A stretch of DNA of 64,000 nucleotides from Paragordius varius (lineage: Eukaryota > Animalia > Nematomorpha): NCBI GenBank assembly GCA_964247055.1, contig OZ176052.1, positions 3,968,001 to 4,032,000 of the forward strand, written 5' to 3'. The translations under genes were made by a program, and so were the position numbers. Positions 1 to 11,634 of this stretch are shown piece after piece (within the stretch, counting starts at the first letter, position 1; the number at the start of each line of letters is the position of its first letter). The notes under the pieces are model-generated. The model was not told where the DNA came from and made no database searches. It saw only the letters and a list, made by a program, of their open reading frames with translations.

Positions 1-125
1 GAAAAAATAATAAACTATGCCATAAGAATATATTTGTTATTCATGATGAGTAATATTAGCCCGAAAACACATAATTTGTTTTTAGGGAGAATCTTAATTG
101 TTCAAGGGTGAATTATTGTAAATGG
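1..125. mobile_element. Right end of a CCATTT-terminated MITE (same family as 37793-38078), in a METTL24-like intron
   Basis: 78-127 reads tttttagggagaatcttaattgttcaagggtgaattattgtaaatgg|ta, matching the right TIR of the other copies. Confidence 0.6.
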
Positions 126-173
126 TATATATTCAAATGCAAATAATTAACAATTTTATACATTTAATAAAAG

Positions 174-1528
174 CGCAAAGAAAAAAATCCAAACATACAA
201 TTAATTAAAGTTAATGTGGAACCTAAAAACTCAATTCCAACCAGAAAAATGGAATTACTTCGATACTTTCAAAGGTAATAAAACTATCGTCCATACACTT
301 TTATTTGAAATCCTAATAACGGTTAATTTTTTTTAGTTTTGCCAACAATATCACGTACAATTGTCAACATATGAAACGGATAGGTCATGAGGGAAACGGT
401 GGTTGGAATATGTGTTTGGATGGAAAATTCGCTCTTAAAAAACCGTGCATCGTTTACTCATTTGGGTATTAATTGTACAGTGTATTCTCATAAATTGTTT
501 ACCTCTATTCGTATTTTATGCTTATATTTTTGTTACCCGTTAAAAAATTAAAATATATTAAAAGAATTGATTTATTTACCCTTAAGGATATTAAAAATAA
601 AAAGTAAATTTCTTTATTACCAAGGACTTTCCCGATATTTCTTGTTATTTATTTATATAACTAAAAACAAGGGTAGGAAGTGATTGGTCTTTTGATACTT
701 CAGTATCCAATATGTTTGGATGCGAAAACCATGCTTTTGATCCCACAGTCGCTTTCAAGGGAAAAATGCTGAGTAAGGGTGTCTATTTTCACCCATGGGG
801 TATAAAAGCAAAGGACGAAACTTCCTCAAGTGGTCAGGTATAAATAAATTTTTTACACTTATAATTATATGAACAAATGATTGTCGGAAAAATATAAGTA
901 CAAAAACAGATTTTAGCACTGTTTTTTTAATTGTATAAAAAATGTTGTATCAACAATTCAAAAATTTAGAGGGGGTTAAAAATCGATGAGATTTTACAAA
1001 ACTGATATAATTTAAAGTAAAAACGTTTGATTATTAAAAAAATTGACATATAGTAATTAAAAATTAAATGTCCAATAACTTCTAATTACTTTAATTTCAA
1101 ATTTTTCAGGAGTTATTAATCCTGTTTGTATCCATTTGTAAAATCAGGTTTATTTATCCCTTCCCTCAATAATGCAACGCTTGGGTCATCAAACTACATC
1201 ATCTATACCCAATACTGCTAAGAAATCCGAAGAAAAACTAATAGATTTCCTAAAAATCGATATTGAAACTTGGGAATGGGAATCATTAGATGCACTAGCA
1301 AATTCAGATTTCCTTTCACGCCATGTGAAACAATTGGTTGGGGAATTTCATTATTATGGTATTGTACCACTGACCTTTATGAAACGAGTCCATCAAAAAC
1401 TTGTGGAACAAGGTTTTAAACTCTACTTTGCCCGTGCCAATCCGGGCTGTAAAATTAATCAGATCGGCGTTTTCCTACATTTCTATTGCTATGAATTGCA
1501 TTTTATTAACAAACGTTTTATGGAGTAG
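174..1528 (+). CDS. METTL24: Methyltransferase-like 24 family (Methyltransf_22) protein, 3' exons; 5' end lies outside the window
   Basis: Exons ~174-274, 337-465, 672-837, 1148-1528 join in frame through GT-AG junctions. They give ...MELLRYFQSFANNITYNCQHMKRIGHEGNGGWNMCLDG...CIVYSFGVGSDWSFD...CENHAFDPT...YLSLPSIMQRLGH...IDFLKIDIETWEWESL...KQLVGEFH...CYELHFIN*. These are the family motifs (GDGGW-x-C, VYSFG, FDPT, LKIDIE, QL-x2-EFH). The first exon boundary is uncertain, and the symbol is a family-level call. Confidence 0.85.
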
Positions 1529-3861
1529 TAAAGCATTAATTTTATGTAAAAATGTAAATACTTGCAAAATCCAAATTTATCATGGGTGCTAATTATGTCA
1601 ATAAATATATTGTTATTATATAACCATTTTTGATCCAATGCAGGCCCCTGGCCATATAAATTATTTAAGCCTTGCAAATTTACCATCGATCTCGCCTAGT
1701 TTTTAGCTATCTGAACCTTTTTGGGTAAATTTTTAAGCCTAAACCTCATATTACTTTCAAACCCGATTTTCTATATAAAGAAGGCAATTTTTAATTTATG
1801 AAAATTGATTAAGTTTAGCACCATTTTTGATTTAATCACAACAGAAAAAAAATCCTAATTTTTATTCACACCATGAAAATTATGTAATTACTTGCGAAAA
1901 TCTAAAAACATCCTTCTATTCAAGGGTATATATATTAGAACAATGGTGAATCAAAACATGGTTCGAAAAGATTAAGGGTAAATTTAAATGGGTGAAGGAT
2001 TGATATATTAGGTATTTGTTTAAATATTCTGGAGTATTAGTTTTTAAGGTGGAGTTAATAGGCTTATCCGAAAAAATTCGGGGTTAAATGAAAAATGGAA
2101 AAAATATAAACCAACTAGCCGATTCTGGGTATTTTGGATAAATAATTATAAAGCATAAAAAATTAAAACTTATTGTGGGCTTACTGAGTTATCTATAAAA
2201 TTTTATCAAAATTTCAATACTTCACCCCCAAATTAATATATATATAGTTTAAATTTATGTTACACCCATTGATTTGTGAGAAAAGTAATTGCTTTCTAAA
2301 AAAACTTTGATTTTGGATAGGAGCCAAATATTGGGATTCGGATTTTATTTTTCGTCCTATAATTTAATACACAAATCATGCCTAAAACAATGAAAATTAT
2401 AAAAAGGCTATTTAATTTTCATTCAAAAGCATAACAAGGGATATACCTCCCTGCTTTGATGTTCAATCAAATATAAATTAAGTTGGGAAGTTGATACAAT
2501 TTTCATATTTTACCCCATTGACATTAAAAAAACTAATGAAATTATCATTTAACTTTGCCATTAAGCTAATTTTATAAGTACATAATCTTTTAATCCCGTT
2601 TCGACTAATGGAAAATAAGTCAATCTTTCACTTACAAAACTCCCTTAGTTTTTACATATTTAATTAATTTTGAAAATATAAAAATCGCATTAAAATACAA
2701 TTAAAACCGTCTTTCTCAAAAGGGGATATTTGTCAAATTTAATTTGAATAATGGCAGAATGGTACTCAAAATTATTTAATTTTATTATTTTTAAAGGTGT
2801 CATAACGCTGATAACTATGTATATTTTCCACAATCGAGGTCATTGCTATATATTTACTTTAATTATATGAAATTATTTGCGGCAAATCTCAAAATTATTG
2901 CTAAAAATGTTGTTTAGTGAAAAATCATATTTCAGGTAAATATCTCGCAAGTCTTTTATTATTTTATAATATATAATTTAATTTACGTTGCCTATTCACA
3001 CTAACCATATACTAATAAAATAAATACATATACTTTAAGGTTGAATCGAAAACTTGATATTGAAACAGCAATGAAGCGACAACCTAAAGTAAATATTTAT
3101 AAAGATCAAACACGGATATGAGGCGTTTGTTATCATTATATGAAAACTAAATGAATAAACTGGTTGAATATATTTCTTAAACAATTATTACCAAATGAGT
3201 TTTAGAGTTTAAGTTTAGATATATGGCGATAAATATAAAATGAAATGTAATCAAAGCTTTAAAAATAAATAATAATCTGGTCGAATTTAGATTAAAAAAA
3301 GCTACGTCTACTATTTTCAAAAATAGTGTTATCAATAAGGTATATTTATATAAAAAAAAATATATTATGGTCTGTTTACAAGAATAATTATGTATAATAC
3401 AATTTATTTATATATAATTACACGCGATTAGTATAAATAAGGTGGTGGTGATACTAATCAAACAAACATTGATTGCAATTAAACCGTTTTTTATAAATTA
3501 TGCGTTAAAATTATACTATAGTAATTTTATTGCCCCCAAAAAATAACCTATATAATAAAAATATATCTTAAACTTTGGGTAAATAATAAGCGGTGGCTCC
3601 ATATAATAAATAGTGTATATTAAGCAAAATGCCAAGATGTAGTTTGGTTATAATATATACAAGTCATCTTAAAATAGTACACGGTGATATGGTTCATTAT
3701 TTTTAAAAATTTAAGTGATTACTGTAAATATTACGCAATGTTGTCAATTTAAATACTAAAAGAGCGAATAAATGTATTCAGCGCATTAAAAATTATATTA
3801 ATTTAATAATATTAGTATTAGGCATCTTTTAATGCCTATACAAAATTTCTATCAGTAAAGT

Positions 3862-5754
3862 TCAAACATTTAGTTTGGAATGGTCCGTGTCACCAAGTTT
3901 ATCATATAAAAGTTGTTGATGTTGACTAATAGATATATCACTCGGTTCACTTTTGGAGACAAAAATGGATGTTAACCTTCGTCGAATAATTTTTCGTTGG
4001 AAAGTTAACATGCGCATCCATGATCTCCAAAGGTGCGCCAATTTGTGTTCTAATGATTCACCCGTGGTATAGGGCAATCTTCCAGATCCAATAAAGCCAT
4101 TTTGTGTACCTTCGCCTAGCCCTACAATATTTGCTTTATTCTGACTCGCTTTTCGACGGGCACGGGATGAAAGCTTAATTTTGGCAAAAAGAGCAGCGAA
4201 GACAAGCAAAATCCCACTTAGGCCTAATGCATTAATTTTGTGTCCATAAACAAAACATGAAAGAAGAACGGCAAAACCTTGTCTGATAGTCATGGCTGTA
4301 ATGAATGTTACAGCCCCAAATGCAGATATGGTTGTAAAGATAAATATTTGGCCCAATGCTGAACATAACGAAAGTGTCATTAAATCAAGGAGAAAAGCGG
4401 ATTCATGCGTACGTGCAAAATTAATTGAATACCCTAAACCGGACATACCTTCCCCCTTTGTATGCCTTAAAGCTAAAGCAATCGCAGTGAAAATGGAAGA
4501 GAATAAATTGACGTAACACATCATATCCCACGAAGATATAATTTTTATTTCACGTGATTGACTATTGTAGCGTTCAAACAGTTCGGATTGCCAATTGGAG
4601 GTAAAACTGTCAAAAATGACATAACCTGAAAGTATTAAAATTCCGCAAAAAGTAGTCCAAGAAAACCAATTGGTGGATGGAAGAGCGGTAAAATATGGAG
4701 ATCGTTTGACTCTTAACAAATGAGGCAATTGAGTATTGTTGTTTTCAATGTGAGTATTTTCCAAATTCGGTAACGTAAAAGAGTGTATATTTCGTTTAAT
4801 CGCTGAGGGAAATTTAGGTTGCAATATTTCTTTGTCAATTATTGGAATATCATTCAAATTAAAAATTTTAGTTATAGCTAAAATATGGTGATGATCAGGT
4901 TTATCTGTTGTTTGATCTTTTCTTGATATTAGAAACGCAGCTATACCCAAAGAAACAAAAGCAGCACAAATATATTCATGCGGCGCATATCGTTTTGACT
5001 TTTTGGATAATAATTTTCCAATCACCATAACTGGTATAATTTTACCAGATTTAAACAAAACTTGAGTTGGGAACGATACGTATTTCAAAGCTTCATACTG
5101 GCACCAACTGCTAAGAATGTTAGACAAAGATGCAAAACTAAAACGGTAAAGAGCTGGATACGTAACATGGGATTTTACTTCGGATAAATGGGTTGTAGAT
5201 ATCGATATACGTCTTTTATAGCGAATCAGAGAGCGCGTTATGATCCATAAACCGGCAAGAAAAAAACCGGATAATTTATTTGTAAATACTAAAAATTGAC
5301 TATCATCAAATTTATCCATACCATAGGGTATTTTAATTCTTTGGTAAGGGCGAGTAATAATTTTTTCCTGCACTAATCCCCATGTAAGAAAAACTAACTG
5401 TAATCCCAAAAAGCAAAATATTAACGTTGGATAATATCTTTTGTCTTTTGGGGTGATGTGAGTGGAAACTGATTTGACAGAAGCTTCTTCTGATTTATTA
5501 ATTAAACTTTCTTGATCATCATAATTTTGAATGCCTGTGTGACGAAATTTTGTAAAAGATTTAATAACAGTGGTAAAATCGACAGGTTTGTGATCTAAGG
5601 CAAATATTTTTAAAAGACATGGTGCAGATTCGGGATTTTTTCGATATTTCCGTTTCACGCAATATATTAGAAAAGCAGAAGGTATGAGTATTGTCCCATA
5701 ACACAATATATTTATAATAAAATCCGAATGAAATAATTTGAAGGAATCTGCCAT
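3862..5754 (-). CDS. SLC35B2: PAPS transporter 1 (SLC35B2/slalom-like), single-exon ORF with ~85-aa loop insertion and C-terminal extension
   Basis: Uninterrupted ORF; first ATG at 5754 (the track starts on an upstream TTG). Family motifs: GLQLVFLTWGLVQEKIITRPY, DSQFLVFTNK, SFASLSNILSSWCQYEALKYVSFPTQVLFKSGKIIPVM, GYVIFDSFTSNWQSELF, SALGQIFIFTTISAFG, TIRQGFAVLLSCFVYGH. The N-terminal hydrophobic segment followed by KRK is typical of B2 rather than B1/B3. Confidence 0.92.
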   Translation of the reverse strand: MADSFKLFHSDFIINILCYGTILIPSAFLIYCVKRKYRKNPESAPCLLKIFALDHKPVDFTTVIKSFTKFRHTGIQNYDDQESLINKSEEASVKSVSTHITPKDKRYYPTLIFCFLGLQLVFLTWGLVQEKIITRPYQRIKIPYGMDKFDDSQFLVFTNKLSGFFLAGLWIITRSLIRYKRRISISTTHLSEVKSHVTYPALYRFSFASLSNILSSWCQYEALKYVSFPTQVLFKSGKIIPVMVIGKLLSKKSKRYAPHEYICAAFVSLGIAAFLISRKDQTTDKPDHHHILAITKIFNLNDIPIIDKEILQPKFPSAIKRNIHSFTLPNLENTHIENNNTQLPHLLRVKRSPYFTALPSTNWFSWTTFCGILILSGYVIFDSFTSNWQSELFERYNSQSREIKIISSWDMMCYVNLFSSIFTAIALALRHTKGEGMSGLGYSINFARTHESAFLLDLMTLSLCSALGQIFIFTTISAFGAVTFITAMTIRQGFAVLLSCFVYGHKINALGLSGILLVFAALFAKIKLSSRARRKASQNKANIVGLGEGTQNGFIGSGRLPYTTGESLEHKLAHLWRSWMRMLTFQRKIIRRRLTSIFVSKSEPSDISISQHQQLLYDKLGDTDHSKLNV

Positions 5755-6547
5755 CAAAAATAAAGCATGTTTATCAGGAATGTATATGATGTTGTGCGTA
5801 TCAGTCCATAAAATATTTTTTAAATTTTTGCATGGAAAAAATATATAGGATATTGTAACTTATTTTGCTTATTAATTTAATTAAATTAATGCCTCACTTT
5901 TTCATAAAAAGTGCAAATATAAAATAACGATTTATGTAGTGGATTTTATTTATTAATATAATTTAAGGTAAAAACTTTTGACGACTTGTACCTCAAATAG
6001 TTGAAATTATCTTGTTAGGTAATCTAATTAAAATACTTTGCTTAATTTAGGGGGTGTCTATTTCGGGGTCAAAATCCGAGGACCTAAACTTTGTATTAAG
6101 TTTTACAATACAGTATTTTAATTGCCTAGATAGAATCATGCAGTTTTATATGTTTCGGACCTAGAATAATAAATTATTAGAAAGCATTAATCTTAAAAAA
6201 CAGCTTTGAAGTTGTTGAATTATACCGAAATCAAAAACATAGTTGACACTTGCTTATTTTGTTTGCAGACCATTGCCTCTATTTGTCACATTTAAGATAT
6301 TGAGATAGCTACGAAACCCGATTGATATCCGCTGATTAAAAAAATAATAAAAATAAAATCCAGAATGTATTTGAAAGCTTTAGGTTAATTATTTACAATA
6401 CACAGTGTTCACAAAAAATAAGTTGATGATATAAGTATTCAGATTAAAAATGCAATCTTTAGTCTTTCAGACACATTGTTATAAAACATTTCTAAAAAAT
6501 CATTATTTCAAACTTCGTCATCATATTTCATTTAATCAGTAATATAA

Positions 6548-7721
6548 CAATGTGCGTCCAAAATCGGGGTTATAAAAAAATTACCTGATAAAATATATAT
6601 ATTATAGGAAAATGTATCAGCATAATCATGGTGCTTTTGGCTTTCCTTACTATTGATTTAAGGGTAAGTGCTACCTATCAAAAAATATTTGCGCACATTT
6701 TTTTAATGATTTTTTTTGGTATAGAGGCTTCATTTCAAAAACTGTTACTAAAAATATATCATGAATTGCCTATAAAAAAACAATTTCAAAAATTTCAAAT
6801 TTTTAATGTGGGCTCAGAAAGTCCCAAATTATTTCGTCTTCTAAAATGAGAAATTCATCTTAAAAGTCCTGGGATTTGGCGATAAAAATTTCAAATAAAT
6901 CCATTTTGATATCAACTAAACTTTTAAATTGCATAATTTTTTCACAGTTAAATTTAACAAATTTTCTTTAAGCATACTTCATATCATTTGAGTGATGATG
7001 GAAACGGTGAACGCTTTAAAATGTTTAACATTTCTATTACCTCAGAACTTACATCTTAGTATGTCTTTAAATTAACATCACAATATTGGGATATTTAAAA
7101 ATTCAATAAAATTATAAAGCAAACGAACCTTTAGATTATAATTTGGAGGTAATAAAAATGTTCAGTATTATCGAATTATATTTTAAAGCGTTTCCACACC
7201 GTTTTTATCGTGACTCAAATTTTATGAAGTACGCTTAAGGAGAATTTAGCTAATTGAATTTTTGAAAAATATGCATTTTTTAAAAAATATTTTCATTGAT
7301 ATCAAAATTTAGCATTTATTTTATATTTTATCTCCGAATCCAGCATTTTAGTATTTATTGTAAGAGACTATCTTATTTTAAATGAACGAAAAAAAATTAG
7401 AACTTCGGAACCCACATCTAAAAATTTAATTTTTTGGAAAATATTATTTTTCTTTTAATATGAAGTTAATAATGTATTTCACTGATTTTTTTTGGACTGA
7501 AACCTCTAGCTTTCACCAAAAAAAATTATTTTAAAAAATGTGCACAAATTTTGCATTTTCTAATAAGGAGGACTTGCCACAAAAGTGTAAATAACTTTAT
7601 TATACCACTCGTAAGGGCCAAAACCAAACGCACCATGATAATCCTGATACAATTTAATTAAATATATATAATTCATCAGGTTGTTATTTTATACCCCCGA
7701 TTTCGGACGCAGTGCATATTG
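6548..7721. mobile_element. Foldback/MITE-like element with ~500-bp diverged inverted arms
   Basis: 6548-~7045 is the imperfect reverse complement of ~7141-7721. Example: gcgtccaaaatcggggttataaaa vs ttttatacccccgatttcggacgc. Also ttaagcatacttcatatcatttgagtgatgatggaaacggtgaacgctttaaaa vs ttttaaagcgtttccacaccgtttttatcgtgactcaaattttatgaagtacgcttaa. No coding capacity. Confidence 0.75.
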
Positions 7722-9459
7722 GTATAATTTAATACCACCTTTAAACATCTATCGCTTTTATTCTTTCCCTTAGTTTGCAAACTATTATTAATACTGCCAA
7801 ACTTTTATATTACTTTATAAGTCTCTCTATGTAAATGATAAAGATCCTTATTTAAACTTAGCCAGTTAGAATTAAAATTTTTATTTTTATATAATAATAT
7901 TTTGTACAATTAAAATAATGCATGGTTTACTATAAAAATTTTTTTTTGTTTGTTGGACAGAATGCAAGATTATGATAGATTAGCTTTCTATATACATAGG
8001 CATAAACAATAACAAAGCTTTAAGTGTTAAACAAAATGTCAAAGCGCTAATGTCCAATTTAAGTTACACCTGTAAATTATTATTGCAAGACATAATTTTT
8101 TTAATTCAAGGTCATTTTTTACAACGATCACTTATTTTATAATTTGGGAATTTTAATTATTTGATTTCTTTTTTAACGGCTTATTTTATTAATTAATGAT
8201 TTTATCTAACAAGAAAAAGATTCAGAATTCAATTGTAAAGGTTTTTTTGATTATAATTTTTATTATTTTGTGTTCGGCCACTAAGGAAAAAATATTTAAT
8301 TTATTATTAAAAATAATTTAAATTAATTTATAGATCGATACATATACTAAAATTATATGTTACAGCAAACATTGAAATATTCATAACAATAAATACAATT
8401 AGTATTATTTCTTTTCGACGCTTGTGATTTTCCTAATGCTAGAACCATCAATTTGATCCAAACATAAGATTTTATATTTAAAGCAAAATTTTATTGATAA
8501 AATAAATTGATAATTTAGATAATGTTTTTAAAAAGCGCTTGTTGCCTACGCGTTATATGATTTTTACAATTACCACATTAAACTGTATGTTTAACGACTG
8601 ACTGGAAATACCAAATAAAGCATAAATTCCCAGAACATTAAAATTTTGAGCGAATTGCCTTAGGTTAACACATTTTTAGGCTAACAACTGGCATAGCTGT
8701 TAATGAAGAACTAGTTAAGTAACAACCAAAAATAAAGGCAAGCATAAAAATTGAGATAATAACTCTTATGCAAACTTATAGTAGGACATATTGTAAAAAA
8801 TCAACCAGGTAAAGCCCTATGTACCGGTTTTTTTAAAAAAAACATGTAATTTTTGAAAGGAAATAATTATTTCTTTTTGTATATCGACTTTTACACATTT
8901 GTCTCATTCAGTTATGTAAATGCCGTGTCAGAAAAACTGATTATTTTTCAAAAAAAACCATTCGTCAAGCCATTTCAACGTCTTATAAAATAGGAGTACT
9001 GCTTTGCTAGGCTCCTTATTGATTCGTTATTAGTTAGATGACGCGAGGTCAGGAGAGTTCAACGGATGCAAAGGAATTTCCATCGAAGCGATATCAAGGT
9101 GACTTTCACTGGCGTTTCTGTGAAATATGGATATGTGACAAAATCACTTTGACATTGGCCAATTACTGTTTCAATTAGTGCATTTTAAATTGATCATTTG
9201 TTGGCAATAGCGTATAACGATTTCACAGTGTTTCAAAATTCTCCAATACCTACTTGCCTAAGCGAAATGGGCGTAGATGGACCGGCTTAAGAAAATAAAA
9301 GTCAGAATTGTATATACAAAATAAAGGGACTTTTCATTAGCTGTTACAATTCGATGCTAAAAATTTCTGGTTTATGATGCATGAAATGCTTCTGTATTAA
9401 ATTTTTTGTTGGGACATCCAATGACTATTACAACTAGCGTCTTCACAGTTATGTAGTCT

Positions 9460-9678
9460 ACCAGAGCGCTCTTACTCTTTTACAAGTAAACAAGTAAAGG
9501 GTGTAGCGTCGGAAGATCGTCGGCCACCTGCCGTCAAGGCAATCCCTACCCACCCGTAATGCATTGAGCTTCAGAGCGGGGAAACACATCGGAGGTTGGG
9601 TTTGACGTTAGTATCTACATACATAAATAAATGCCTTCATGTTAAATGTGTTAATGTGAGTTAGTATAGTTAATAAGC

Positions 9679-9721
<43 letters not shown>

Positions 9722-10105
9722 TGAGATGTTAATTTCGCCTTGTTAGGTAGGTAAAAGCAATATTTGAGTTTAAATAACCGTACAAACAGGGTTTGATTAC
9801 TCCAGAAAGTAATGTCAAAGGTCTATGTCGGGTCAAATGTAGAGTTTATTTTAAGCTCTTATCTTTGGTGTGGAAGGGGGTCTTCTTTTGCTTCTAAATG
9901 AGTGTGGCCTTTGGGTAAACCAATTTTGGAGATATTAGACATTACAAGCGTCAACGTTACCCCTTCGTGCGACCATGTTTCAGTTGTACCTTCAACTGGG
10001 ACGCTAACCCGGGATAAGTGGTTGTTGACGTTGCTCTCAGCTAAGTCTCAACTCCGACCAACAAAGATGTCGGAGATTGGTAACCAGCCCTGCTCAAATA
10101 TCAGC
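9460..10105. other. Unassigned insert inside the mariner: two GC-richer blocks flanking a (TA)n tract
   Basis: Mariner homology stops at ~9460 and resumes at ~10105. In between lie GC-rich 9500-9605, (TA)n ~9683-9717, and a degraded minus-strand reading frame ~9870-10100. Confidence 0.4.
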
Positions 10106-10271
10106 GGATAAAATATTTTAAACCATGTTTCACATGTTATAATCGATAGAGCATGTTCACCATATGTTTCTGCCAACGAACGATAGATTTCACCAGCCTT
10201 TTTCTAATGGCAATGCCCGCCACAAATGTTCTTTTTCAGGAAAATTTGGAATGACTAAAAATAAGACGATC

Positions 10272-11400
10272 GGGTGGAGTGAATAAAAAAAAGGAAACCC
10301 TTTAAGTGTTTCCTGTGCTCACTTTTTCAAAGAAAGGGTTTCCTTATAATTCATATAAAAAACACATCTGATTAACTCTCGAGTTTCCTTAAACCATACC
10401 TAAAACCGATATAAATGTACCTAAAGAAAAATTGAGACTTCTTCTTGCAAAGTAACTTAATATTTAATATTTTAGATATCCCATAGTTTTTAACAAATCT
10501 ATGGTACCGTATATTGTAATTCAAAAAAAGAAGCTTATAAAAATCTACAAAATGATTTGTTGACAGAAACAATGAATTATTATTATATAGATCAGATATA
10601 GCGATAGATATGAAAACTTCAATCAAAAAAATATGATTTAAATAATACAGGAAAAAGATCGCACGAAATCTGAGGGAATATTCCTAAATTCTTAAGATCG
10701 CACAGAATCGAAAGAATTTTTAAATTATTATGACAATCTAATTCACATTTTATATTAAATAATAAATAGATTAAAGTCTATTTAAACATTTTTTTATGAT
10801 AAAATAATAGTTTGTATACAAATTTTCATTTAACAAGAATAACATAAGAAACTGATTGACAATATTTTTGAGGCTTGCATAAACTAAAAAATGAGATTTG
10901 TTCGTTAATCTAAATCAGGAAAAAGTATTTTGTCATAAAGTTTATTGTTTGATTATTAAATCGTAGAATTTGTTTCATAGATAATTGATTCTCTTATATC
11001 TTTTTTTGTTTCTTATCTAAGATCGTTGAGCAAACATTTAGTTTCTACGCTGTATTCCAAATATACTAGAAAAATCTAAAATGTATAAAAATAACTTGAA
11101 AATTGAAATTTAAACTTATCGAATCTAATATCAAAACCGTATTAGCTCTAATTGCCTTGTTTGATCCTCTACTATCGATTGTTATAAAATTTATAAATAT
11201 TTAAGGATGGTATTTAGCATCCTAAAAAATATGTAGGGTTTCCTTTAATAAATTTTTTTATTCACTTGAAAACAAATGTTTCCTTAAAAATCTAATGTTA
11301 ATTTTTTTAGGGTTTCCTTAGCTTTTTATTCACTCCAAATTAAGGAATCTCTTAAAAAAGCTAAGGAAAGAGTGTTTCCTTTTTTTTATTCACTCCACCC
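10272..11400. mobile_element. 1129-bp non-autonomous DNA transposon with GGG-ended TIRs, inserted in the mariner 5' region
   Basis: Left end gggtggagtgaataaaaaaaaggaaac (10272) is the exact reverse complement of gtttcctttttttattcactccaccc (11400). A subterminal GTTTCCTT motif is repeated at both ends. No TSD is evident. Confidence 0.8.
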
Positions 11401-11634
11401 TTTCGCATGCTTTCTTTTCACTGAATTTACTCAGTTAAACCGGTAATAACTTTTGATTATACCTTTGGTATATGAAAGAAAATTATTTTTTATCAGAACT
11501 AAAAATACTGTAATTATCCCATTTTTGAGGGTAAACAAGAGATTCCGCTATAATAACACAAAACAAATAGTTTAAATTCTAAAAAACCAAGGTTAGATTT
11601 CGAAGATTATATATATATATATATATATATATAT

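Larger units (their letters stand above)
8805..11468 (-). mobile_element. Degraded Mos1-like mariner carrying two nested insertions
   Basis: TIR-like ends ccaggt...gtaccggtttt (8805) and aaaccggtaataacttttgattatacctttgg|ta (11468). Minus-strand transposase remnants: YGEHALSIITCETWFK (~10110-10170), HRIVTANEKSLYF (~9320-9360), WEIPLHPLNSPDLASSN (~9040-9090, from HPPYSPDLAPSD), WLDEW (~8960). Many stops and frameshifts. Confidence 0.8.

Noticed and set aside
9960-10010. cagttg-taccttt-like hairpin with adjacent GAAAC on the minus strand, suggesting a Penelope-type hammerhead ribozyme
   Set aside because: The CUGANGA core is absent, so the hammerhead consensus is not met.
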